The notes under the pieces are model-generated. The model was given only the letters and a program-made list of their open reading frames with translations, was not told the DNA's origin and made no database searches. A DNA stretch of 64,000 bases, from positions 7,416 through 71,415 of the IMG/VR virus record IMGVR_UViG_3300028072_000006. One strand, written 5' to 3'. Shown one piece after another: positions 25,495 to 34,679 of the stretch. A program made the position numbers and the translations under genes. The stretch comes from a virus. Its lineage: Duplodnaviria > Caudoviricetes. Numbering within the stretch: position 1 is the first letter of the stretch; each line of letters begins with the position of its first letter.

Positions 25495-25827
25495 ATGGAG
25501 AAAATAATGTTTGAGACTTTGTACAATAAGTACAAGCACCTAGGCTACGACCATCCCGAGATTATCGTGACCGACACGCACGCGCTCATGACGCGCGTCA
25601 CCTTCGAGAAGTTGAAGTCAAACATTTTTTCATGCGCCTACGGCGCCACCTGCTACCTCGCCTGGAACGGCATGACCCCCGCGATCTTGCTCGTCTCGAT
25701 TGATCGCTCCCCGGCGCTCGAGGTGCTGATCATCGAGGATCTCGACCCTGAAAAATCCGACCGAGAGTTTTACCTCGACGCGCGGCGGCGGCTCGACGAA
25801 GCACGCTCCAAGCCTTACGATCAGTAA
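25495..25827 (+). CDS. Hypothetical protein
   Basis: Abuts the previous stop. Confidence 0.55.
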   Translation: MEKIMFETLYNKYKHLGYDHPEIIVTDTHALMTRVTFEKLKSNIFSCAYGATCYLAWNGMTPAILLVSIDRSPALEVLIIEDLDPEKSDREFYLDARRRLDEARSKPYDQ

Positions 25828-25843
25828 CTGACGAAATAATTTG

Positions 25844-25872
25844 TTTACAGCAACAGTCAAATTTTGTTAAAT
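25844..25872 (+). promoter_or_regulatory. Possible sigma70-like promoter, perhaps giving a leaderless mRNA at ATG 25879
   Basis: TTTACA-N17-TTAAAT (imperfect -10); same TTGTTTACA motif as the other promoters. Confidence 0.45.
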
Positions 25873-25878
25873 ATCTGT

Positions 25879-26334
25879 ATGAGGACCACTGTGCATCCCG
25901 CCACCCTAACCTTGAGAATCACCGCGATCTTCTTCCTCGGGCTCGCGCTGTTCGCCTACCGTCGCGCGCACGAGACCGCCGCGCAGGAGCCCGACGTCAA
26001 GAAGATGCAGCGCGAGCTCGACGACCTCAAGGTGGAGCGCCGGCAGCACGGCATCCCCACGGGTAACTATCGCACTGACCCCTTCTACCGCGAGCTGTAC
26101 GCGGGCGTCCAGGTTTGCAAGAAGGTGAGCTGGAGCCCGGGCGTCATGGTCAACGTCACGCCCGAGGCGTGGAGCTTGCCCAAGGGTTCGACCTTGTCCT
26201 TCGACTACGAGCACAACCGCGCCGTCGAGGTTCCCCACGGCTACCTAGGTTGCGACCACGTCGAGGCGAGCGCAGCCTTCTTCGCGGAGGGAACGCTCGA
26301 GGTCATGGCGGAGCGAGAAGAGGTCAAGCCGTGA
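25879..26334 (+). CDS. Membrane-anchored hypothetical protein
   Basis: N-terminal TM helix then coiled coil. Confidence 0.6.
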   Translation: MRTTVHPATLTLRITAIFFLGLALFAYRRAHETAAQEPDVKKMQRELDDLKVERRQHGIPTGNYRTDPFYRELYAGVQVCKKVSWSPGVMVNVTPEAWSLPKGSTLSFDYEHNRAVEVPHGYLGCDHVEASAAFFAEGTLEVMAEREEVKP

Positions 26335-26897
26335 TCTGGCTGCGCGACGACGAAAAATTCTGGGCCAAGATCCTGCTGCTGATCATCGTCGGCGGGACGG
26401 CCCACCTCGCGCGCGTCATCACCGACGTCAACCGTAGCTTCGACGACGCGCGGTTCAGCTGGCGGCTCGAGCAGGCCCAGCTGTTGAACGCAACCCCCGT
26501 GTTCACGGTGGGACGGTCCTGGGGCAGCGCGAACTACGACTGGTACGCGTGGGGCGACGTGCACCCGTACTTCTTCGGCGACGACACGGCGGGGGCTCAA
26601 AATCTTGCGATGCAGGCAATCTCACGCTGGCTCAGCCGCGGCATCGTCTCGCAAGGAAACTCGGGCATCGTCGTCGGGCCGCACCCCTGCCGCCGCGAGT
26701 CCGACGGCACGTGGTGGTGCGACTTTCTGTCGCCCGAGCCGGGGCGCGGGGAAGTCCGCGGGCTGATCCTCTGGAACGAGTTTGGCAACACTGAGCTGCA
26801 GGTCAGCGGCTTCCAGCGACAATATCAGCTGGACGGCACCTGCCGGAAGATCGACGGTAAGGTGCGGGTGACCTTGCAACCGTCACTGTTGAGGTGA
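26331..26897 (+). CDS. Membrane-anchored hypothetical protein
   Basis: GTGA coupling; TM helix ILLLIIVGG. Confidence 0.6.
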   Translation: MIWLRDDEKFWAKILLLIIVGGTAHLARVITDVNRSFDDARFSWRLEQAQLLNATPVFTVGRSWGSANYDWYAWGDVHPYFFGDDTAGAQNLAMQAISRWLSRGIVSQGNSGIVVGPHPCRRESDGTWWCDFLSPEPGRGEVRGLILWNEFGNTELQVSGFQRQYQLDGTCRKIDGKVRVTLQPSLLR

Positions 26898-26901
26898 AAA
26901 C

Positions 26902-27678
26902 GTGAGCGAGACTTGGAAGAAGATCGCCGAGGCCCCTGACCACGACGTCTACCTGAGCAACCTGGGTAAGATCGCCTGGGTGGCGCTGACGAACGAGACG
27001 ATCGTGATTGAAAAAGCTTTTGACCGTTACGGACGGTTGATCTACGACCGCCACTGGCCGCAGCTAGTCAAGGAGAAACCTAATGCCGCAGGCGAGTGAC
27101 GAGCTGAGGGAGAAGTTTCCGGGGCACGACGCTGAGGCCCTGGAGGTCATCGCCGCGAACTTTACCGAAACGCGTGGGCTCATTCGCCGGAAAAGCTCAT
27201 CCTACTTACCCAACCAGCGCGAGTGGGACGCGGTCGACTATTTGATCCAAGAGTGGGACTACGTCTACTCCTGCGAGGACGGCCAGCCGGAGCGGAAGGT
27301 GCCCCCGGCACCGTCCTACACGGCGGCCTGCGAGGCAGAGCGGCTGCGAGGCGAGCTCAAGAAGAGGCGCAAGTGAGCGGCCTCGAGCTGATCGAGTGGT
27401 TGACCGTTGAGTGTGAGATGCGGAAAATACACCCGACCGACTCGGCGCTGATCCTCGTGCTGCGCGGCGTGAAAGATCTTCAGGAGATCACGCGGCAAAA
27501 GAACTACGTTGAATACATCAGGAAGACGGCGCGAACGAGCTACGAGAACCCGCGCGTCATCTTCACGTGCGAGTGGTGCGAGCCGAGCGACATCCCCGAG
27601 AAGAAGCCCGAGATCTGCCGGGTGCTGGACTGTCCGAGGCACGGGCGGTGCTGGTTTTGGCCCAAGGAGAAACCGTGA
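26902..27678 (+). other. Three small hypothetical genes (26902-27099, 27083-27376, 27373-27678)
   Basis: RBS-preceded or coupled ORFs. Confidence 0.55.
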
Positions 27679-27793
27679 TCCCAACCGACAAGCCGCCAGC
27701 GGGAGCAGCTACGTTGGGTCTAATCGTATCATTAGGGCTGCTGGCTATTGCGTTGATGGACACGATTGCGCAGATAGTTCAAGGAGTGCGCCG

Positions 27794-28009
27794 ATGACCC
27801 CAACCGACAAGCCCCGCGACCGTAAGCCTAAGTTTCGAAAGGGACAAGTTGTAAAACATCGCATTGCGGGCGGTTTCTACATGAAAATAATCGGGTACAA
27901 AAGCGATGTGGGAGGCTTTCCTGCTTGGATTGTGATGGAGCAAGGAAAGATAGGCACTTATTGGGAATGGCAATTGCGGAGACTGACTGATGCTGAGGCA
28001 GGCCGATGA
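27794..28009 (+). CDS. Hypothetical protein
   Basis: AAGGAG RBS; MTPTDKP start. Confidence 0.55.
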   Translation: MTPTDKPRDRKPKFRKGQVVKHRIAGGFYMKIIGYKSDVGGFPAWIVMEQGKIGTYWEWQLRRLTDAEAGR

Positions 28010-28239
28010 CCGACAAGCCATCGCAAGGGACGCCCCGCTACGAGGTCGGTTACAACAAGCCGATTCATGGCAACTGGGGGCTGCAGTACGAGAAGGTGCT
28101 GGAGACAAATGATCTAGTTGCTGCGAAGGCAGAGATTCGCAAGCAGATTTCGCTAGGCCATACGCGCGGCTTGCTGCTGTACGACACGGTAGAGAAAATC
28201 ATCTGCGTACAGCCCAATACGCAGGGAGGATTCGAGTGA
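28006..28239 (+). CDS. Hypothetical protein
   Basis: GAGG RBS; MTDKPSQGTPR start. Confidence 0.6.
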   Translation: MTDKPSQGTPRYEVGYNKPIHGNWGLQYEKVLETNDLVAAKAEIRKQISLGHTRGLLLYDTVEKIICVQPNTQGGFE

Positions 28240-29267
28240 CCCCAACCGACAAGCCATCGCAAGGGACGCCCCGCGCCCACGGACCATGCGATCAATGTGG
28301 ACAGCCTTGGTTAGCCCACGGAGCCTATTCTAGACAATGCCCTAACGCAGACAGCACTTACGTTGAACCGGAGGACGCGCAGCAACCCACGGCCAGCGAG
28401 CCGCCAGATCGCCCCACGATCAGAGACCTAAGAGATATTCCACTGTTTCCAGCGCCCAGCGAGCAGGAGATGGATGGGACACTGTGGCCAGAGTGCAAAG
28501 AGTTCTACGAGTTGATGCAGCAGTATCGACACGTCGCTGTTTCTGTTCCAGCGCTGGTGGTAGATCGTTACGAGGCCGTGAAAGATTGGTTGCGAGCTAG
28601 TCGGGCGGCCGGCGAGCAGTCCTGCCCAGACTGTGAACGCGCCGCGAAGCACGCTCACTCCGACGCAACCACGCCGGGATTCTTTCATGACAAGTGCCAG
28701 AAGCATCGCACGGCCAGCGCGCCATCCCGGAAGCAACGCCGCTGTGAGATTTGCCAGAGCCAAGGTCACGTCACTCTCGATCATGGTGACGCGCGAGGAT
28801 ACAGCCATTCGGTTGTGCCAGCGCCCAGCGAGCAGGAGGCGAGTGAGACCTGTACCCACTGTAGCAAGCCGATGCCTAGCGCAGCGCGCTTCTGCTTGAG
28901 CTGTTGGAATGACCTAGCGCTTAATCACACTCTCGCTCAAACCAAGATTAGTGAACAGGAGCGCGCGTTGCCGCACGTTCAAGAGACGCGCTCCCTGCTC
29001 GCCTGGGCGCTGAGCTACATCGCCGGGCTGCCTGATTTTGGCTTGTGCCTTATGCCTTTAGGAGACTACGACATTGTTCATCCGGGCGAAGGAGCTGCTG
29101 AAGCCGTGACCCGTAAGCAACTGCAGAAGCTGCGCCGCAAGCTGGCCGAGATCGAGACGCGCGTGGCGCTCGAGGACACCAACCGGGTCAGCGCGCGGTT
29201 AACACGGGTGGAGATCCTGCTGGCGATAGCACAAGTGGAGACGAAGCTGGCGAGGAGGAAGAAGTGA
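28236..29267 (+). CDS. Mosaic multi-module hypothetical protein
   Basis: Short CxxC modules joined by repeated PAPSEQE / TAS linkers. Confidence 0.6.
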   Translation: MTPTDKPSQGTPRAHGPCDQCGQPWLAHGAYSRQCPNADSTYVEPEDAQQPTASEPPDRPTIRDLRDIPLFPAPSEQEMDGTLWPECKEFYELMQQYRHVAVSVPALVVDRYEAVKDWLRASRAAGEQSCPDCERAAKHAHSDATTPGFFHDKCQKHRTASAPSRKQRRCEICQSQGHVTLDHGDARGYSHSVVPAPSEQEASETCTHCSKPMPSAARFCLSCWNDLALNHTLAQTKISEQERALPHVQETRSLLAWALSYIAGLPDFGLCLMPLGDYDIVHPGEGAAEAVTRKQLQKLRRKLAEIETRVALEDTNRVSARLTRVEILLAIAQVETKLARRKK

Positions 29268-29819
29268 CCAACACGAAAAGCTGGGAGATCGCCGTGGTCG
29301 TGCTGATCCTGTTCGTGACCGGCGCGCTGATCTTGCTGGTGCAGGAGATCTGGCTGTGAGACAGCAACGCTTTATTGTGGTTGTCCTGACGGTCTTGTAC
29401 TTCGGCTTTTTAGCGGGTTACTTTTGCGGCAAGGAAGCGAGCGAGAAGGCACAGCGGGAGCGAGAGCGCGGCGAGTACCAGAAGTATTGCCAGGACCACG
29501 ATTGTCGACCCAGCCTGTAGGAGGATCCGATGAGCGGTAAACTTGTGGCGGCCCAGGTGACTGGGCTGAAGAAGGAAAATCAAGAAATTCGCGCGCGGCT
29601 CGAGCTTCTCGAGAAGCTGGTCACCAAAGCCTGGGAGAGCGTCACGCTGCTCCAGAGTCGGTTGTACGGAGAGAAGACCGGGGAGAAGCCCAAGTGATCT
29701 GGCGCCTCAAACAGCTGTGGTACGCGCTGGACGCGTGGGCGATGGGAAACTCGTTCCGCGGCGCGTGGGATTTTTACGGGCGGCGGCGCGAGCAGCTCAG
29801 AAAGAAGGTTACTAAGTGA
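29264..29819 (+). other. Four coupled small ORFs, two with TM helices
   Basis: GTGA overlaps and GGAGG RBS; below the ORF-track cut-off. Confidence 0.45.
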
Positions 29820-30631
29820 CCGACATCCACGACGTGCAGGCCTTCTGGGACCGGCGCCCGTGCAACTTCAAGCACTCGAACAAGCCCGTGGGCTCCTCAG
29901 AGTACTTCCAGGAGGTGACGGCGCGCAAGCGACTGGTCGAGCCGCACACCCCCAGCTGGGCGGAGTTCACGAGCTGGAACGGCCGCCGCGTCCTCGAGAT
30001 CGGCTGCGGCCTGGGCACCGACGCGGTGGCCTACGCGAGCTGGGGCGCGCGTGTGACGGCCGTGGACGTATCGGCGAACAGCCTCGAGCTGTGCCGCAAG
30101 CGGGCCTGGCGGTACGGGCTGTCGGACAAGATCAACTGCGTCTGGGCCAACGCGGAGCGGCTGTCGCACTCGCTGCCGGTGCAGCCGTACGACCTGATCT
30201 ACTCGTTCGGCGCGGTGCACCACACGCCCGACCCAGAAAAAGCTTTGTCGCAGATGCGCAAGTACGCTAAGCCTGGGACGGTGCTGAAGCTGATGGTCTA
30301 CCACCGCCGCAGCTTGAAAGTGCTGGAGATCTTGCTGCGGCACGGCCAGTTTTGGAAGCTGGGCGAGCTGGTCGCCCGGCACAGCGAGGCGCAGACCGGG
30401 TGCCCGGTCACGCACACGTACACCCGGCGAGAGGCCCGCGAGCTCGTGGAGAGAGCGGGGTGGCGGGTGACCGACCTGCGGGTCGACCACATCTTCCCGT
30501 ACCGCGTGAAGGATTACGTCGAAGGACGGTACGTGAAGCGCTGGCCCTGGAGTTGGCTAGGGTACGAGACGACGCGGCGAATCGAGCGGCGGTTGGGTTG
30601 GCACATACTGATCACGGGGGTGGTGAAGTGA
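29816..30631 (+). CDS. Class I SAM-dependent methyltransferase
   Basis: VLEIGCGLG (motif I), VTAVD, YDLIYSFGAVHH. Confidence 0.85.
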   Translation: MTDIHDVQAFWDRRPCNFKHSNKPVGSSEYFQEVTARKRLVEPHTPSWAEFTSWNGRRVLEIGCGLGTDAVAYASWGARVTAVDVSANSLELCRKRAWRYGLSDKINCVWANAERLSHSLPVQPYDLIYSFGAVHHTPDPEKALSQMRKYAKPGTVLKLMVYHRRSLKVLEILLRHGQFWKLGELVARHSEAQTGCPVTHTYTRREARELVERAGWRVTDLRVDHIFPYRVKDYVEGRYVKRWPWSWLGYETTRRIERRLGWHILITGVVK

Positions 30632-30828
30632 CGACCATCGATGAGATGTACGACCTCGCCAAGCTTGAAGAGTTGATCATCGCCGTCCACCGCGAGCTGT
30701 GCCGCTTTCCGTCGCCGTTCGACAATGGCTTCGAAGAAGCTTACAAGCAGTTTTCATTCCTGGTCGCGCGGCGGTTCGAGAAGATTCACGGATTCCCGCC
30801 TGTTTTTCCTGGTTGGAAGCGACCGTAA
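30628..30828 (+). CDS. Hypothetical protein
   Basis: GTGA coupling. Confidence 0.5.
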   Translation: MTTIDEMYDLAKLEELIIAVHRELCRFPSPFDNGFEEAYKQFSFLVARRFEKIHGFPPVFPGWKRP

Positions 30829-30830
30829 AT

Positions 30831-31151
30831 TTGGAGAAGCGCGTGGTCATCGAGCGACACGGCAAGAAATTTGAGGTTTTGAACCCGGACCACTGCCTGC
30901 AAAGCCCAAACCTTTGTGTGTTTTGCGATCGCCAAGCGTACGAAGATTATTACATTCGAAGCTGGGTGCTGTTTCTCTGCCGCGAGCACTTTTGCGATCG
31001 CCAAGCGTACGAAGATTATTACATTCGAAGCTGGGTGCTGTTTCTCTGCCGCGAGCACCACCTCGTGGTGCGAATTGTCCGTACGAGCTTGAAAATTTTA
31101 TGGGTGGCGCTCGCAGTTGCCGTCGCCTTTCTGGCGCTGAAGCGGCCGTAG
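30831..31151 (+). CDS. Hypothetical membrane-anchored protein with an internal 23-aa duplication
   Basis: TTG 30831; FCDRQAYEDYYIRSWVLFLCREH twice; C-terminal TM. Confidence 0.5.
   Translation: MEKRVVIERHGKKFEVLNPDHCLQSPNLCVFCDRQAYEDYYIRSWVLFLCREHFCDRQAYEDYYIRSWVLFLCREHHLVVRIVRTSLKILWVALAVAVAFLALKRP
30921..31058 (+). repeat. Perfect 69-bp tandem duplication
   Basis: 30921-30989 is identical to 30990-31058. Confidence 0.95.
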
Positions 31152-31415
31152 ACCGGTCGGCTGACCAGGGTAAGAGACCCGCTGGGTCACCGCCGATCGG
31201 GACCCCTGAAGTAACCCTAGATCCCGCTTTTTGGTACACGGGTGGAGGCTTTGGCCGGATATGGGGCTCTTCAAAAACTCTCGCGGAGCCTGGGCCGGAA
31301 ATTGCGGCAAACTCGGGCAATATTTTTCCCATAGGCGATTATGGTTAACTAGGATTTTGAGGATTTGGGAGGCCGGGCGTTTTTCACGGGTCTCTAAGTA
31401 GTTTTGTTTGCAATA

Positions 31416-31541
31416 AAAGGTTACCGATATTTCTCAAAGGTTACCGATTCGGGCCATTCTTATCTTCCGTCCATAAGCGCATTGCTATGGAAAATAGCTC
31501 AAAAGAGCTACTTTCGGTAACTCGGTAACCCGTCGATAACC
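31416..31541. repeat. Direct and inverted GTTACCGA motifs in a non-coding gap (candidate pac/ori site)
   Basis: AAAGGTTACCGAT at 31416 and 31436; reverse copies TCGGTAAC at 31514 and 31522, degenerate at 31533; hairpin TAGCTC-AAAA-GAGCTA at 31495-31510. Confidence 0.6.
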
Positions 31542-31704
31542 CCGGCGAAAACTGTTGTGTACAAGCGGTAGCACCCCGTGGTATTCCTGTTTGCGGATCA
31601 CCAATGTCAAATCAGATCTCCTGGGTCTGGCGGTCGGGACGCCTTACGGCGGGTGTCCCGACTCTTTTTTGCAACAGCGCAATCTGCCTAAGGATCAGCG
31701 TTGG

Positions 31705-32091
31705 ATGAGTCGACCAAAACTCATGCTCCGCAAGAAGGGCAAGCCCCGTGGCAAGCCCTCCGCGATTATTCCTTACCAGTTCAAGAAAGGCCAACCTTCC
31801 CCCAACCCCGAAGGGCGGCGGCTGCAGCGTCCCACGCTCATCAGCGAAGCTCTCAAGCTCGGCTTGAAGGAGAACGCTACTAACAATGAGCAACTTTCCA
31901 AAGCTGAGTCGATCGCTAATGCTCTTCTTAATAACTCTGAGCGTGGCGATAATCAAGCCACCGCCATTGTTCTCGAGCGCACTGAAGGAAAGTCTACGCA
32001 ACACGTCGATCTTAGCGCCACTCACTCCGGAAAAATCCAAGTCGAGGCTGACGCCAGCGATGTCATTAAAAAGCTACTCCGCGAGACTTGA
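31705..32091 (+). CDS. terS: Terminase small subunit (putative)
   Basis: FKKGQPSPNPEGRR (DUF5681-type motif); directly upstream of terL. Confidence 0.7.
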   Translation: MSRPKLMLRKKGKPRGKPSAIIPYQFKKGQPSPNPEGRRLQRPTLISEALKLGLKENATNNEQLSKAESIANALLNNSERGDNQATAIVLERTEGKSTQHVDLSATHSGKIQVEADASDVIKKLLRET

Positions 32092-33712
32092 TGACCGGCA
32101 CGGTCCGAGCCTCGCTGAGGAACTTTCGGCGAAGCCCGTGGAGATTCGTGACGCGATCCTCGCGAAGCTGACGCAAGAGCAGCTCGCCAATCTCAAGTAT
32201 GATTGGAAGTTTTGGGGACGCGCCAACCAGTTTATTCCCGACGGCAATTGGCAGACTTGGATGATCAAGGCTGGCCGCGGCTTCGGCAAGACGCGTGTCG
32301 GCGCCGAAACTGTCCGCACTTGGGTCAAGACAAACCCGATCGTCAACATCATCGCCCCGACGGCGGACGACGCCCGTGATATTTGCATTGAAGGCGAGTC
32401 GGGCATCCTGAGCATCTGCCCCGAGGCGGAGAAGCCCAAGTATCTGTCGAGCAAGCGCCGGCTCGAGTGGCCTAACGGTGCCGTGAGCTTGATCTTCACC
32501 GCGGACGAGCCCGAGCGCCTGCGCGGCAAGCAGCACATGAAGCTGTGGTGCGACGAGCTCGCGGCTTGGCGGTACTTGGAGGAGGCTTGGGACCAAGCGC
32601 AGTTCGGCCTGCGCCTGGGCGACAACCCGCAGTCCATTGTGACCACCACGCCGAAGCCGCTGCCTGAGGTTAAAGAACTTCTCAACACCCCCACGACTTT
32701 TCTCACCTCAGGTACGACCTACGAGAACCGCCGCAACTTGGCCAAGGCTTTCTACCAGCGCATCATTGTCAAGTATGAAGGCACGCGGTTGGGCCGGCAG
32801 GAGCTGAACGCGGAGCTGCTCGAGGACAACCCGGGCGCGCTGTTCCACCGGACCAACATCGACCTGACGCGCTGCGACGGCGAGCTGTTCTGGAAGGTGC
32901 TGTTCGCGAAGCTGATCCGCATCGTCGGCGCGATCGACCCCGCCGTGACCTCGAACGAGGACAGCGACGAGACGGGCATCATCTTCGCGGGCATGCTGCG
33001 CTGGGAAGATGTGCCGCAAAAGTTTAAAGAGCTCTGCAAGCACGAGACCCCGCACTTCTTCACCTTCGACGACCGCTCCGACATCTACACGCCGGACGGC
33101 TGGGCTCGCGCGGCACTGGCGGGATACAAACAGTTTAAAGCGGATCGGTTGGTTGGCGAGACGAACAACGGCGGCGAGATGATCGAGTCGACGCTGCGCC
33201 ACCAGGATCAGAACGTTTCTTACATCGCGATCCACGCCAGTCGTGGAAAACAGACGCGCGCCGAACCGATCAGCGCGCTGTACGAGCAGTGCCGCGTTCA
33301 CCACGTGGGATCCTTGGGAACGCTGGAAGATCAGATGTGCGACTGGGATCCGGCCGTCTCCGTTGACAGCCCCGACCGCCTCGACGCGAACGTCTGGGCG
33401 CTCACCGAGCTTAGCGAGCACTCGCGCGAGCTGGGGCTCGTCAACTTCTTGAAAAAGCCTGACGGGGCTGCCTCCACCCTGGAGCAGCTCAACGATCAGA
33501 AGAGCGTTCCTGCCTCGGCGGTCGTCGCCGAGATGCTGAAGGGAACCACCTCATCGCTTTCTTGTCCGAACTGTCAGTCTGCGCTCGTGAGTAAAATCGC
33601 GGGAGGCCAAAACCGTTGCCAGCAGTGCGGTCATCAGTTCTGGACCAACGGCGGCGCTCCTGAGATTCCACACATGACGCGGGCTTACGTTGAGGGCTTG
33701 AGAGAGCGATAG
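32060..33712 (+). CDS. terL: Terminase large subunit
   Basis: AGRGFGKT Walker A, LRG...WCDE Walker B, IDPA...SDETG and DRLDA nuclease motifs; C-terminal CPNC/CQQC; start uncertain. Confidence 0.92.
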   Translation: MSLKSYSARLDDRHGPSLAEELSAKPVEIRDAILAKLTQEQLANLKYDWKFWGRANQFIPDGNWQTWMIKAGRGFGKTRVGAETVRTWVKTNPIVNIIAPTADDARDICIEGESGILSICPEAEKPKYLSSKRRLEWPNGAVSLIFTADEPERLRGKQHMKLWCDELAAWRYLEEAWDQAQFGLRLGDNPQSIVTTTPKPLPEVKELLNTPTTFLTSGTTYENRRNLAKAFYQRIIVKYEGTRLGRQELNAELLEDNPGALFHRTNIDLTRCDGELFWKVLFAKLIRIVGAIDPAVTSNEDSDETGIIFAGMLRWEDVPQKFKELCKHETPHFFTFDDRSDIYTPDGWARAALAGYKQFKADRLVGETNNGGEMIESTLRHQDQNVSYIAIHASRGKQTRAEPISALYEQCRVHHVGSLGTLEDQMCDWDPAVSVDSPDRLDANVWALTELSEHSRELGLVNFLKKPDGAASTLEQLNDQKSVPASAVVAEMLKGTTSSLSCPNCQSALVSKIAGGQNRCQQCGHQFWTNGGAPEIPHMTRAYVEGLRER

Positions 33713-33716
33713 AAAA

Positions 33717-33917
33717 ATGAATCAATCATCAATGTTTCGCTGCACCAACCGAGACTGTGCTTGCGTGAGTTCAATCTCGGAGGTCGGTCACCGCGACGAG
33801 ATGTGGAACGAAGAGCACGATCTCGTTCTCGTTGATCGCGTCGTCAAGAAGGGCGACATCAGGCCGGTTCCGATTTGCCCGCGCTGCGGCAGTGAAGTTG
33901 CGGAAGAAGCGCGGTAG
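33717..33917 (+). CDS. Small Cys-containing hypothetical protein
   Basis: CTNRDC and CPRC. Confidence 0.5.
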   Translation: MNQSSMFRCTNRDCACVSSISEVGHRDEMWNEEHDLVLVDRVVKKGDIRPVPICPRCGSEVAEEAR

Positions 33918-33926
33918 GAGAAGCAG

Positions 33927-34130
33927 ATGCCGATTGTTGAAATTATCATCATCTTGCTCGTGATCGGTGTGGCTGTTTGGGCGATCAACCAATACCTTGC
34001 GGCGTACATCGCCGCACCGTTCTTGAAGCTGATCAACATCGTCGCGATCGTGGGCACGATCATCTGGTTGGTGATGCTGTTGCTCGGTGCGTTTGGCGTC
34101 AACGTTTGGCATTATCGTCTTGGTCGGTGA
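33927..34130 (+). CDS. Small two-TM membrane protein
   Basis: AGGAG RBS; two hydrophobic helices; could be holin-like (unverified). Confidence 0.65.
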   Translation: MPIVEIIIILLVIGVAVWAINQYLAAYIAAPFLKLINIVAIVGTIIWLVMLLLGAFGVNVWHYRLGR

Positions 34131-34136
34131 AGCAAG

Positions 34137-34380
34137 TCTTCCCGCTCCACTCGGGAAGAAAGGGTCGGAACTTCTAGCTAGGCGGCGCGCTATGGAACAG
34201 GTGAAACTACACTTGAGCCCAATGGGGAATCGTTTGTCACCGCTGTTCGCGGCGCGCTCCCTAGCTAGAAGTCTGTGTAGGCTTGATGACCTCGGGCCTA
34301 TCATGGGGAGCTCGCAAGGCCTGACAAGCGCCAGAGTGTACGGGGACAACTGGTGGGCTCTCCATTACAAAAGGATGGGA
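34137..34380 (+). ncRNA. Candidate structured intergenic RNA
   Basis: Perfect 12-bp inverted repeat ACTTCTAGCTAG (34170-34181 / 34261-34272) closing an irregular ~100-nt hairpin, plus flanking hairpins. Confidence 0.4.
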
Positions 34381-34382
34381 TC

Positions 34383-34679
34383 GTGATCTGGTACTGGCTC
34401 GACCAACTGCTGCGCAAGATCATCTGGCTCTTCAAGCGGCCGGCACCCGTGGCCTTGGCGAGAATCAATCCGAACGCTAAGTGCCCGGGTTGCGGGGCGG
34501 AGAACGGCACGCTGCGGGCGGTGAATGTTTTCGACGGCCGGGTCTTGACCCCGAAGATTCAACACCGGTGCAACGTCTGCGGGGCTCGCGTCTTCGAGGA
34601 CACGGTGATGAAGACGACCACTGAGGTGCTGCTGCCAGCGGACGGTGTTGAAGCTGTCGGGCGGGAGACGGTGCAATGA
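34383..34679 (+). CDS. Zinc-ribbon hypothetical protein
   Basis: CPGC and CNVC. Confidence 0.55.
   Translation: MIWYWLDQLLRKIIWLFKRPAPVALARINPNAKCPGCGAENGTLRAVNVFDGRVLTPKIQHRCNVCGARVFEDTVMKTTTEVLLPADGVEAVGRETVQ

Larger units (their letters stand above)
27675..28274 (+). repeat. Shared 5' leader of four consecutive ORFs (M-[IT]-P-T-D-K-P / M-T-D-K-P)
   Basis: ACCGACAAGCC just after the starts at 27675, 27794, 28006, 28236; identical 30-bp ACCGACAAGCCATCGCAAGGGACGCCCCGC at 28009-28038 and 28245-28274. Confidence 0.85.
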
